A stretch of DNA of 64,000 nt from Smithella sp. (GCA_035382085.1 DAOSZO010000004.1:9268-73267), one strand, 5' to 3'; shown: positions 9,936 through 19,217, counted from the first letter of the stretch. Numbers and translations: made by a program. Notes: generated by a model from the sequence alone, not told the origin.

Positions 9936-10421
9936 CTAAGGTTTGTCGGTCGGCAATTCGCTGTTGACGCCTATGTCCTCCCAGCGCGCCGAGGTGACCT
10001 TCCAGTCGCCGGATTCCTTTTTCAGCTCGACATCAAAGGCATAAATTCCGAGAGCCTGCGGGATAATGTCTTTGAGGGAACCGGTTTTTTCTTTACTGGT
10101 CAGGACAGTTTCAAAGGAGGCTTTGGCGGAAGATCCGTCAACGGTGATTTGCAAATTATTGATGTAGACCGATATTTTGGGATACCGAAAAAAATAGCCC
10201 AGCAGCAGCGCTTTGACGGCCTCCCGATTGTATCCCTGCGGGTCGAGATAGGATTCGGAAAGATGACGGATGACATTTTTCACATCCTTTTGTTCGGCGG
10301 CATCCTGGATGCTGACGATGACTTTCTTAATCCTGCTTTCATCGCCTTCTCTGCGGCATGCGCCGATGCCGGCCACAACGGCGAAAAGGATTAAAACAAG
10401 AACCGAGCGCTTGATGAGCAT
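9936..10421 (-). CDS. Hypothetical lipoprotein (NTF2/SnoaL-like size and pattern)
   Basis: 161-aa ORF, signal plus lipobox AGIGAC, coding-like composition. No catalytic motif recognised. Confidence 0.55.
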   Translation of the reverse strand: MLIKRSVLVLILFAVVAGIGACRREGDESRIKKVIVSIQDAAEQKDVKNVIRHLSESYLDPQGYNREAVKALLLGYFFRYPKISVYINNLQITVDGSSAKASFETVLTSKEKTGSLKDIIPQALGIYAFDVELKKESGDWKVTSARWEDIGVNSELPTDKP

Positions 10422-10610
10422 TTTTTACCTCGCTTAAGCATCTTATTTATATTTTACCCCACAATAAAACTCCCCGCAAGAAATTCCCCTCCAGAGAGGC
10501 AAACTTTGCACCAATGGTCATTCGGAGCAAAGCTTTTCCTCAAATAATCTGACGGCTTATAAAAAAATACGTTGGGCGTTTAAGAAAGCAATATTTTACT
10601 CTCGCAGCCC

Positions 10611-10639
10611 TTGACTTTGAGCTGGTTTTGATGTATTTA
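10611..10639 (+). promoter_or_regulatory. Candidate sigma70-type promoter for the GAPDH paralog
   Basis: TTGACT (10611-10616), 17-nt spacer, TATTTA (10634-10639). This would give a roughly 290-nt leader. Confidence 0.3.
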
Positions 10640-10931
10640 AACATCGACCTTTTAAGGGAGATGTTGTATGGTCCCGGTCACCCCAAAACCTTATTTTAAT
10701 TGTACTTTTCTGCGCCCAGAGGCAGGGGCGTTTTTCCATTTTTTTTCAACGATTCAAAGTTATTTCAGACAGTTTCTTCCCCAAAACAAACATTCCGAAA
10801 ACCCCGCAGGACCGGTTTTTGCTTTCGGTCATTTCTCGGATAAAATAATTCAACCGCGGATATTACGTCGGCGCATCGTAGTTTCCGGGTTTAATTATAA
10901 TTTTATTTCAACAATGAAGGAGGTCTAAAAA

Positions 10932-12194
10932 ATGGTCGCAGAAGCTTTCGAAAACAAAAAGCCTGTTTTAGGCATCAATTCGCTGGGCAGAATCGGCAAA
11001 CTGACGCTGTGGCACCACATCAACAGAAAATATTTCAAGGAAATCGTTGTCAATCTGGGACGGGAAGCAGGCACCGGCATGGATGCCATTGCTCAGGCGA
11101 TTGAAAAAGACACCACCTACGGGCTGATGCATAAATTTCTTTACGGCGTCAAGGCGGAAAGAATCATCCAAATCGTGGATGAAAAGCAGGGCAAACTTTT
11201 AGTGGATGGAATTCCGGTTACGGTTCTGCGCGAAGCAAGAAATCCTGCTGATATTCCCTGGAAGCTCTACGGCGTCGATATGGTGGTGGAATGCACCGGG
11301 AAATTCAAGGACCCGACCGTGTCGTCGGACCACAAAAACGGCTCCATCAGAGGTCACCTGCACGGGGGCGTGAAAGTCGTCATCAATTCTTCCCCTTTCA
11401 AAATCAAAAACAAGGCGCTTTCCACGCCCGATGACGCGGTCACGCTGATCTACGGCATCAATCACACGGCCTTCGATCCCAAAAAACATCAGGTCGTTTC
11501 GGCCGCCTCCTGCACCACCACGGGACTGGCGCACATGATCAAGCCGCTTCTGGAAAATGAAGCCACCAGCAATATTCTAACGGCTTCCATGTCCACCATT
11601 CACGCCGTCACCAATTCCCAGAGCGTTCTGGACAGCACCCCCAAAGCCGGCGAGAAGGATTTGAGAAAAAACCGCAGCATTCTGGACAGCATCATCCTGA
11701 CCTCCACCAACGCCGCCAAGGCGCTGGCGGAAGTCATTCCGGAAGTCAAAAACATCGGCTTCATGGCAGATTCCATCCGAATCCCCACCAGCACCATGTC
11801 CTTAATCGTGCTCAACGCCACCTTCCAGGCGAAAGGAAACGAAACCGTCCTCAACACAAAAATGCTCAATGACCTTTACCAGAAAGCGGCCGACAACAAC
11901 CCGGAACGCCTGATCCGATTCACGATGGAACAGAATGTCCCCGCCGATTTGATCGGCGTTGACGCGGCGGTGATCATCGAAGGCCAGTTCAACCACACCC
12001 GGACGGCCTTCATCAACCTTGACCTCTCGCATGTTCCCGGTCTTCCCGCGCAGGTCATCCAGGCATTCCCGGAAAAGCTGATGAAGGTTCCCGTCGTGCA
12101 TGCCAAGGTTTTCGGCTGGTATGACAATGAATTCGGCAGTTACACGAACCGGCTGGGAGACTTGACGGTTTATATTCACAAAAACATCTTATAA
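10932..12194 (+). CDS. Divergent long GAPDH-family dehydrogenase (420 aa)
   Basis: AAGGAGG 7 nt upstream. GINSLGRIGK NAD loop, catalytic Cys block SAASCTTTGL, His block STIHAVT, WYDNEFG near the C-terminus. Insertions relative to the canonical gap at 6361. Confidence 0.8.
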   Translation: MVAEAFENKKPVLGINSLGRIGKLTLWHHINRKYFKEIVVNLGREAGTGMDAIAQAIEKDTTYGLMHKFLYGVKAERIIQIVDEKQGKLLVDGIPVTVLREARNPADIPWKLYGVDMVVECTGKFKDPTVSSDHKNGSIRGHLHGGVKVVINSSPFKIKNKALSTPDDAVTLIYGINHTAFDPKKHQVVSAASCTTTGLAHMIKPLLENEATSNILTASMSTIHAVTNSQSVLDSTPKAGEKDLRKNRSILDSIILTSTNAAKALAEVIPEVKNIGFMADSIRIPTSTMSLIVLNATFQAKGNETVLNTKMLNDLYQKAADNNPERLIRFTMEQNVPADLIGVDAAVIIEGQFNHTRTAFINLDLSHVPGLPAQVIQAFPEKLMKVPVVHAKVFGWYDNEFGSYTNRLGDLTVYIHKNIL

Positions 12195-12216
12195 AAAGCG
12201 ATTTGGGGATGTCCCC

Positions 12217-12250
12217 CCGCGGAAGGCCACGCCTTCCGCGGCTTTTTTTT
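12217..12250 (+). terminator. Rho-independent terminator after the GAPDH paralog
   Basis: CCGCGGAAGG-ccacg-CCTTCCGCGG stem followed by a T8 run (12243-12250). It overlaps the stop of the convergent gene. Confidence 0.7.
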
Positions 12251-15200
12251 ATTCGCTTTCTATTTCGTGCTTTCCTTGATAAACGGTGCCGCTCCACCCG
12301 TCTATGCTGATAAAATCACCGCTGCGGATGACGCGGTCTTCGATTTTAGCGTAGCCTTCGGTTTCGTAAACTTTCAGTTTGTTGAAACCCACCACGCCCA
12401 CTTTGTTGAGCTGCGGAATCGTCACCGCCGCGTGCGACGTGCTGCCTCCCTTGGCGGTCAGCAGTCCTTCCACCTGCAGCAAGACGCCCACGTCGTCAGG
12501 AACAGTATCCGGGCGCACTAGAATCAGCGGGGTGTCCGGTTCCGCGCCGCGGAAACGCCGGATCTCCTCCTCGGAAAAAACCGCCCGTCCGCAAAGCGCT
12601 CCGCCGTTGACGCCGATGCCCGTTCCCAAGACGCTCGCCTGCAGCGTGCTGCTGTCCTCAAAGCGCCGCCATTTCTGCGCCTGGATCTGATTCATGTCCC
12701 GGGTCTGCAGGATATACAATTTGTCCCGGGTCGGTCCTTCAAAGGTAAACTCGATTTCCTGATGATTGAAACCCTTTTCATAAATAAGCATCTCGGCGAT
12801 TCTGACCAGTTCGGCGTAAATTTCCGGAAATTTTTCCTGCAGGGATATTTCGGAATGCCGGTATTCGGCAATCCTTTGTCTTTCGGAAATCGGATAGGTC
12901 TCCACCAGTCCCGACACGATGTCATCTCCCTGCACGCCGAAAATGAAATCGCCGTAAAGCGTCACGTCGTTGGACGTGCTTTTGGGCTCGCGGGTAAAAA
13001 TGACCCCGGAGCCGGAGTGTTCATTGAGATTGCCGAAAACCATGGTCTGCACGATCACCGCCGTGCCCCATTTGTCGGACAGGTGCATCTGACGGCGGTA
13101 AATTTCCGCCTGTTCCGAATACCAGGAATCAAACACCTGCAGAATCGCATGCCGCAGCTGCTCAAGGGGGTCTTCTTTCAAGTCAATGCCGTGATCCAGA
13201 ATCGCGCGTTTATAGGAAAGGGCGATCTGTTTCATCTGTTCGGGGGGAAACATGATTTTTCTTTCCACGCCGAATTGCTGCTTGAAAGAATTGATGATGG
13301 CGTCAAACAAATCCCTGTTCATTCCATGGAACATGCCCCAGGTCTGCAGAAAGCGCCTGTAAGAATCCCACGCAGCCCATTGGAAGTTTTCTTTTTTGCC
13401 CAGGCTCTCGGCGATGGCCTCGTTGATGCCCACGTTTAAAAAAGATTTCATCATGCCGGGCAGGGAAACCGTCGCCCCGCTTCTGACGGACAAAAGCAGC
13501 GGATTTTCAAGGTCGCCGAACTTGTGGCCGGTTATTTTCTCCAGTTTTTTTATTTCCCGATTCACGCGGACGGCCAGATCGTTAAAAATGTACTTATAGC
13601 CACACACCGCTTCGTATCCTCTGAACACTTCCGTGGTGATGATAAATCCGGGAGGAACATTAAAGCCGAAAGAAACCAGCTGCTTGAGAAAATATCCCTT
13701 GTTGCCCAGAAGAATCTGATTGTCCAGCTTCTTGTCTTTTTTATAGAATGACGCGATGGTCAAATCCGGATTGTATGCCATCACAATTTTTAGAATCTGC
13801 TTGTTGTCTTGGAACTTTTCCGACTCGGCGTGAAGGGTTTTAATTACCTCGTTGACAAAATTATCCAGAACCTGAATGCCGAAGGCCGACGATATCAGAC
13901 TCCGGATAAAATTTTCCGATTGCTGATAAATCAGCTCCTGATCGGCCTTGTGATCCGATGTTCCGGCTTCATCCATGCCCTGCTTGAAGATCTGTCTGAC
14001 GATGATCGGGAGATTGGCATGGTGCACGTCAATGTAGTAGTTGCGGATGATGTCCTGAATATCCTTGGAAATAAAACGGAAGATATCAATGTACTGGTCA
14101 ATGGAAAACTGCTTAACCTGCAGGGCGTTGGTCACGTATTGAATTTTGGCCGCCAGTCCTTCCGTGGCGATGCCCTCGATTTCCAGAGCCTTTACATAAA
14201 GCCACAGATAGGCATGAATTTTTTTAATCGTATGCTTGGTAATGAATTTGAGATTGAAAGATCGCGCCATTTCCTCAAAAAGCATGGTGGCCAGGCTCTC
14301 CAGGCGCAGCGATAGCCCAACGGCTTCGAATTTTTTCTCATAGTAGGTTCCATACATGGACGGGATCCCCGCCGCAATGTGTCTTTTGTAATAGATGTTT
14401 TCATAAATCTGCGACTTCTTCGGCGACAGAATTCTTTCTTTCAACGCGGCCAGAAAATCCAGGATGACGGAAATGCTCCGGTAGTAATTCCTGGCGTTGA
14501 GAGATCTTTTCAAGGAAGTAATGCTGTTTTTGGAAAAGGCATTGGTCGCTTCCAGATCCTTGAGGAGGTCGATAAACTGCGGAAAATATTTCTTGTAAAT
14601 GAGCTGATAGATCCGAATCATGATCTTGATCCGTTCCTGGTCGCGACCATTGATTCCCTTGAGATGACCAAGTTCCCGGCAAACTTTATCCCGATCCCAT
14701 TCAAGGAATTTTCTCGGATCGCCATGGACCCTGCTGAAAAAATACTTGAAGGCCTTGTGCATGCCGTCGAAATACTCGCCGGAATTGACCACTGTGTCGA
14801 ATACCTCCTCCGGCAGATGCGGACGAAGATATTCCTTGTCGCCGCTGTGCCAGTACCGGAAAATATCCTCTATAAATTTGAACAGCAGGCTGTTGCTTTC
14901 CACATGGGACTGCTTGCGTAAAAAATAAATCAGCTTGTCGTGACGCGCGGAGAGCTCATCTACCTTTGTGGAAATGTCCCTCAGTTCGCCTTCGGCTCCG
15001 ATTTCGCTGAAGTAAACGGGGAAAATCCTTAAGAGCTGTTTGATCAGATTATAGGCAGGAAGAATATCAGAATTCAGCAGGTTGGAGATGTTTTTCTGCA
15101 CAAGGTCGGTGTCACGGATAAAGATGCCTCCGATTTTCAGATTGATGATCAGCGCCGAAATCAGTCTTTTGGTCCAGCGGGGTTTCAGCCCGATGATTTC

Positions 15201-16472
15201 CAGCCAGGAACGAATGTTCATAATATGGGCGGGATTGGCCACAACCTGCCATTCTTCTGTGGATCCCTTGATTTCGGGATGCTGAAAACCGTAGGCGATC
15301 AGTTCGTCAATAAACGTATCCGCCAGCGTGTGGCTTTCCTGAGCGAAAACTTCCCTGGCCGTCGTCGTAATACAGTCAAAAACGGCGGCGCTGAATTCAT
15401 TTTGTTCCTTGTTTTTATTCAGAAAACTGAAAATTTTCCGGACGAAATCGTTTAAATTTTCTTTTTTTTCTTCCTGAAAAACGAGCTTCAGCGAATGATT
15501 GATTTCCCGCAACGCGCGCGCGTGAAGATCTTTCAGGTTGGCGCTGTCCATCACATGGAATAAAAAGCGCAATTTCACAACGTGTTGCCTGCCTTGATAA
15601 TGGGGGGATTTCTCCAGCTGATCCGCAGCCAGCATATACCCGTCAACGATCTGGTAGTAATCAGGCATCTCCAGGTAGTTCTCCAGAAAATCAGTTGCCC
15701 CTTGAGCATTCTCCTGATGAATGGAATCAAGTTTCTTTAACAACGCCTCCCAACGGCTGTGACTTAAAGGTTCGATGATTTGCCGGTAGGCGCTGACTGA
15801 CTCGTCCGTTTCGCCTTCTTCCCGGGAAAACCAAAGACAGGGATCGGGCTGGGCAAGCCAGAATTGATACGTGATGCTGAATATTTTATGGCATAAATCA
15901 TTCAAAGGTTTTGTTTCGATCGCGATCTTGTTTTCAGCAATGCTCCTGACGATTCTTTTGATGTAGGAGGAAGATTTCCTGAAAATCATCTCGTTATCTT
16001 CCACCGCTTTTTGAAGATCCGAAATCAGTGACGGCAAAAGCGCCAAATTCTCCTGCAGAAATTCATTGCTTTGGTTGAGCACCGTATCGGCATAATCGAA
16101 CAAATAATGAATTGCGCTGTCTTTGACGTCAGAACTGGCGGCGGATTTAATAACCTCAAAATAAATGTCCAGCAACAGGGACAGGGCGGACATTCTGCCT
16201 TGGTGAGTGTTGAAAATGTGAAAATCACCGATGGAAACCGATTTGAGCTCCTTGAGGACGTATTCCCAATTTACGTAAGGATGATTCAGCTCGGTGAGAA
16301 GCTCCCTGGTTTTTTTTTGAAGCCCGTAATGGTTTTCCGCGACTTTCAGTAGAGGCGCGTATCTATCCGGAATTTCAATGGTTGCCGCTGTTCGTTCCAG
16401 GTTAACTTTGAGGGCGAATGAACTTAAATCATCGCTTTTTGCTTTGGTTGTTTTTTTAATGGTCATACCCAA
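12249..16472 (-). CDS. 1407-aa protein with a roughly 920-aa uncharacterised N-terminal region, then a PPDK/PEP-synthase-type ATP-grasp domain and phosphohistidine swivel domain, and no PEP/pyruvate TIM-barrel domain
   Basis: The C-terminal ~490 aa carry LLLSVRSGATVSLPGMMKSFLNVG, GTAVIVQTMVFGN, GSGVIFTREP, EIEFTFEG...LYILQTRD and the catalytic-His motif LTAKGGSTSHAAV. The protein ends about 60 aa after that His. Confidence 0.8.
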   Translation of the reverse strand: MGMTIKKTTKAKSDDLSSFALKVNLERTAATIEIPDRYAPLLKVAENHYGLQKKTRELLTELNHPYVNWEYVLKELKSVSIGDFHIFNTHQGRMSALSLLLDIYFEVIKSAASSDVKDSAIHYLFDYADTVLNQSNEFLQENLALLPSLISDLQKAVEDNEMIFRKSSSYIKRIVRSIAENKIAIETKPLNDLCHKIFSITYQFWLAQPDPCLWFSREEGETDESVSAYRQIIEPLSHSRWEALLKKLDSIHQENAQGATDFLENYLEMPDYYQIVDGYMLAADQLEKSPHYQGRQHVVKLRFLFHVMDSANLKDLHARALREINHSLKLVFQEEKKENLNDFVRKIFSFLNKNKEQNEFSAAVFDCITTTAREVFAQESHTLADTFIDELIAYGFQHPEIKGSTEEWQVVANPAHIMNIRSWLEIIGLKPRWTKRLISALIINLKIGGIFIRDTDLVQKNISNLLNSDILPAYNLIKQLLRIFPVYFSEIGAEGELRDISTKVDELSARHDKLIYFLRKQSHVESNSLLFKFIEDIFRYWHSGDKEYLRPHLPEEVFDTVVNSGEYFDGMHKAFKYFFSRVHGDPRKFLEWDRDKVCRELGHLKGINGRDQERIKIMIRIYQLIYKKYFPQFIDLLKDLEATNAFSKNSITSLKRSLNARNYYRSISVILDFLAALKERILSPKKSQIYENIYYKRHIAAGIPSMYGTYYEKKFEAVGLSLRLESLATMLFEEMARSFNLKFITKHTIKKIHAYLWLYVKALEIEGIATEGLAAKIQYVTNALQVKQFSIDQYIDIFRFISKDIQDIIRNYYIDVHHANLPIIVRQIFKQGMDEAGTSDHKADQELIYQQSENFIRSLISSAFGIQVLDNFVNEVIKTLHAESEKFQDNKQILKIVMAYNPDLTIASFYKKDKKLDNQILLGNKGYFLKQLVSFGFNVPPGFIITTEVFRGYEAVCGYKYIFNDLAVRVNREIKKLEKITGHKFGDLENPLLLSVRSGATVSLPGMMKSFLNVGINEAIAESLGKKENFQWAAWDSYRRFLQTWGMFHGMNRDLFDAIINSFKQQFGVERKIMFPPEQMKQIALSYKRAILDHGIDLKEDPLEQLRHAILQVFDSWYSEQAEIYRRQMHLSDKWGTAVIVQTMVFGNLNEHSGSGVIFTREPKSTSNDVTLYGDFIFGVQGDDIVSGLVETYPISERQRIAEYRHSEISLQEKFPEIYAELVRIAEMLIYEKGFNHQEIEFTFEGPTRDKLYILQTRDMNQIQAQKWRRFEDSSTLQASVLGTGIGVNGGALCGRAVFSEEEIRRFRGAEPDTPLILVRPDTVPDDVGVLLQVEGLLTAKGGSTSHAAVTIPQLNKVGVVGFNKLKVYETEGYAKIEDRVIRSGDFISIDGWSGTVYQGKHEIESE

Positions 16473-16668
16473 AACCTTTGTTTGAGTGATTAATCAGAAA
16501 TCATATAATTTTTCAAGCACAGAGCTCCAAGAGCACGGAATAAAAATTTTTTTTAAATTTTTTTTGAAGATAAACACAAAAAAGGGAGGATTCAGGATAA
16601 AAACAACCCGACAATCACCATAAAAGACTCATGATTTGTCGGGCAAGCTTTTATTCTCAAAAATTTTT

Positions 16669-17001
16669 TTATTTCTTTCTAGCCTTCTTCGCAACAGTTT
16701 TTCGGGAAACCTTCTGGGGTGCTTTCTTGGCGATTTTTTTTGCTGCTTTTTTCACCGGTTTCTTCACGATTTTCTTTTTACTTGCCGGTTTCTTTTTGGG
16801 TGTTGTCGCCTTTTTGACCGTCTGATTCTTTTTCGGGGCCGCTATCATTTGAACTTTTTTGGGTTTCGCCGGTCCCAAGTTCACCATCGGTTCTTCACAG
16901 CAAATGATATCTATTGTTGCGCAACCGCATTCTTCATCCACAATGACCTTGAGCCCGCAAACTTCACAACCTAAAACGTCTCCCACTCTCGCTCGTGACA
17001 T
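16669..17001 (-). CDS. Desulforedoxin-type Fe(Cys)4 domain fused to a lysine/alanine/proline-rich histone-H1-like tail
   Basis: Start set to ATG 17001, with GGAGGG 5-10 nt upstream. MSRARVGDVLGCEVCGLKVIVDEECGCATIDIICCEEPM matches the desulforedoxin pattern GDVYKCELCG...VCCGEDM (CxxC plus adjacent CC). The tail is PKKVQMIAAPKKNQTVKKATTPKKKPASKKKIVKKPVKKAAKKIAKKAPQK. Confidence 0.75.
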   Translation of the reverse strand: MSRARVGDVLGCEVCGLKVIVDEECGCATIDIICCEEPMVNLGPAKPKKVQMIAAPKKNQTVKKATTPKKKPASKKKIVKKPVKKAAKKIAKKAPQKVSRKTVAKKARKK

Positions 17002-17117
17002 TTTTCCCTCCTCGTTGTGAGGGGCCAAGCACTCACCCTCGGGATTTTTTTTCATTCTAATAAAAAAAATTTTTTTTTCAAGCATAAATTGTCAATTTTT
17101 TTAAAAACATAGACAAC

Positions 17118-17145
17118 TTGACTTTCATCAATGATTTGATATTAT
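17118..17145 (+). promoter_or_regulatory. Candidate sigma70-type promoter for alr
   Basis: TTGACT (17118-17123), 16-nt spacer, TATTAT (17140-17145), in an AT-rich divergent intergenic region. Confidence 0.35.
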
Positions 17146-17219
17146 CCGCAAAAACAACTTCTTTTTTGGACAACATTGCCCGCAGCTTAAAAGAAAAACC
17201 AATGTTTTTGGAATAGTAA

Positions 17220-19172
17220 ATGACCTTAAAAAATGAACAGAAATACCGCAGTTGGGTCGAAATTGACCTCGACAACTTCACTCATAATCTCAAAGAAATC
17301 AAAAGAATCATCGGCCCGAACACCGATTTCATGCCCGCGATCAAGGCCGACGCCTACGGGCACGGCGCCATAGAAATCTCGCGCGCCGCCCTGCAAAACG
17401 GCGCAAAAATGCTGGGGGTGGCCAATGCCGACGAAGGCGTTCAGCTGAAAATCAGCGGCATCGAAGCGCCGATCGTGATCCTGGGGCCTTCCACGGACGC
17501 TGAAATCGATCAAATCATCAAATACCATCTGACTCCATCCATCTCGGACGTGACCTTTGCCCTCAAGCTCAACAGGGCGCTGTCCAAGTCTGGCCGGAAG
17601 CTGCCCGTTCACGTTGAAGTGGATACTGGAATGGGACGCGGCGGCGTCCGGTATGACGAGGCGTTTGACTTGATTCAAAAAATTTCAAAAATGCCCTGTC
17701 TCGAGCTCGAAGGAATCTTCAGTCACTTCGCTTCCAGCGAAAAAAAAATATCCGACAACGACAAGCAATGGTCTTTATTCAGACAACTTCTGGACCGGAT
17801 AAAACGGGCGGGCATGGAAATCCCGTATCGGCACATGGACAACAGCGGCGCCATTTTGAACTACCCGGAATCCAGGCTGAACATGGTGCGGCCGGGTTTG
17901 ATGATTTATGGCATCTATCCTTCCGCAGAAAACCGGGGCATGGCCAGACTACGGCCGGTCATGTCGTTCAAGACCACCGTTGTTTTGCTCAAAAGCTTCC
18001 CCGCCGGATGCGGCATCGGATACAACAGCACGTTTGTAACATCGAAGCCGACACGTATCGCAACCATCCCCGTCGGCTACGGCGACGGTTATTCCTTTTT
18101 GCTTTCCAATCAAGGGGAAGCCCTTATCCGCGGGAAAAGGGCGCCGATTGTGGGACGGGTTTCGATGGATCTGTGCACCATTGACGTGACGCATATTCCC
18201 GATTGCCGGGTGGGCGACGAGGTCGTTTTGCTGGGCAGGCAGGGCAAGGAGGTTATCAGCGCCGATGAAATCGCCGCCAGGGCCCGGACCATCAGCTACG
18301 AAGTGCTCTGCGCGCTGGGCAAACGCGCGCCGCGCGTCTTTCTGCAAAAAGGAAAACGGGAAGCCATCGAGCCGCGGCTCAGAAGAATCTTTGTTCCGGA
18401 CGAGGAAAAATCCCTCTCCCGCATCGATAACATCATCCGCCACTGCCTTCAGGCGCGCGCGCGGGACGAGGAACTGGGCAACGCCATTTACTACGAAATG
18501 TTCGAAACCCTGTTCGGCAAGGAAGACCGCCGGCTGGAGTTGCGCTCGGGGTTTCGCTATGATATCCGCATCGCAAAAGCGCCCCGCACGAAAAAGGACG
18601 CGGCAATGAAGGCATCGCTCCGCGTCAGCACGCACATCGAATACAGAAAGACGCTTCGCGACCATATTTTTATGATTGGCTGCGCCTCCAGCCACGCGCA
18701 ACTGGCCGCTCTGTTCGAAGACCCGCGCTGCGAATACCGGTGGCTTTTGACGGACGGCCGGAATCTGGTTCCCGAAGAAGATTTCGTTGTCGAGGAAGTG
18801 CGCGTTGACGGGGAAAAGATTCCCCTGATCGAAAAGAAAACCACCCGGCGCGGTTATGAACTCTGGTGCGGCTCGGAATCGCTCAAGCAGAAAATCAATT
18901 CGGAAATCAAACTGGAAATCGACATTTCAACCAAGCAGGCCCAAAACAACAAAATTTTTCCCATTTATCTCATTTATCCCGTCCGGGGGCTGGAAATCAA
19001 CTTCCATTACGAGAAGGCGCAGATTAAAAATGTCCGGTCGGAGAGCTTCTTTGCGGGACGGCACCCTCAGCCGACCCTTTCCATCAAGCGGGGCAAGTCC
19101 ATTGGCGTCAAAATATCCGACAGGGAATGGATCTTCCCGACAAGCGGCGTGATATTCATCTGGGACAACTAA
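17220..19172 (+). CDS. alr: Alanine racemase fused to a roughly 275-aa C-terminal domain of unknown function
   Basis: Residues 1-375 are a complete Alr (PLP-Lys block AIKADAYGHG, GMGRGG, PVGYGDGY, ISYEVLCALGKRAPRVF). Residues 376-650 (nt ~18345-19172) continue in frame with no recognisable motif. Confidence 0.85.
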   Translation: MTLKNEQKYRSWVEIDLDNFTHNLKEIKRIIGPNTDFMPAIKADAYGHGAIEISRAALQNGAKMLGVANADEGVQLKISGIEAPIVILGPSTDAEIDQIIKYHLTPSISDVTFALKLNRALSKSGRKLPVHVEVDTGMGRGGVRYDEAFDLIQKISKMPCLELEGIFSHFASSEKKISDNDKQWSLFRQLLDRIKRAGMEIPYRHMDNSGAILNYPESRLNMVRPGLMIYGIYPSAENRGMARLRPVMSFKTTVVLLKSFPAGCGIGYNSTFVTSKPTRIATIPVGYGDGYSFLLSNQGEALIRGKRAPIVGRVSMDLCTIDVTHIPDCRVGDEVVLLGRQGKEVISADEIAARARTISYEVLCALGKRAPRVFLQKGKREAIEPRLRRIFVPDEEKSLSRIDNIIRHCLQARARDEELGNAIYYEMFETLFGKEDRRLELRSGFRYDIRIAKAPRTKKDAAMKASLRVSTHIEYRKTLRDHIFMIGCASSHAQLAALFEDPRCEYRWLLTDGRNLVPEEDFVVEEVRVDGEKIPLIEKKTTRRGYELWCGSESLKQKINSEIKLEIDISTKQAQNNKIFPIYLIYPVRGLEINFHYEKAQIKNVRSESFFAGRHPQPTLSIKRGKSIGVKISDREWIFPTSGVIFIWDN

Positions 19173-19217
19173 AAAAAATAATACGGATAACCAAGCTCGA
19201 GACTGCTGCAAAATTCA

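Noticed and set aside
10668-10928. 86-aa ORF in the leader of the GAPDH paralog
   Set aside because: It has no RBS and poor codon composition, and it contains the terminator-like hairpin and T-runs. It is more likely untranslated leader.
16631-16974. Phe/Leu-rich plus-strand ORFs (64 and 112 aa)
   Set aside because: They are mirror images of the AAG/AAA-rich lysine tail of the desulforedoxin-fusion gene and are low-complexity artefacts.
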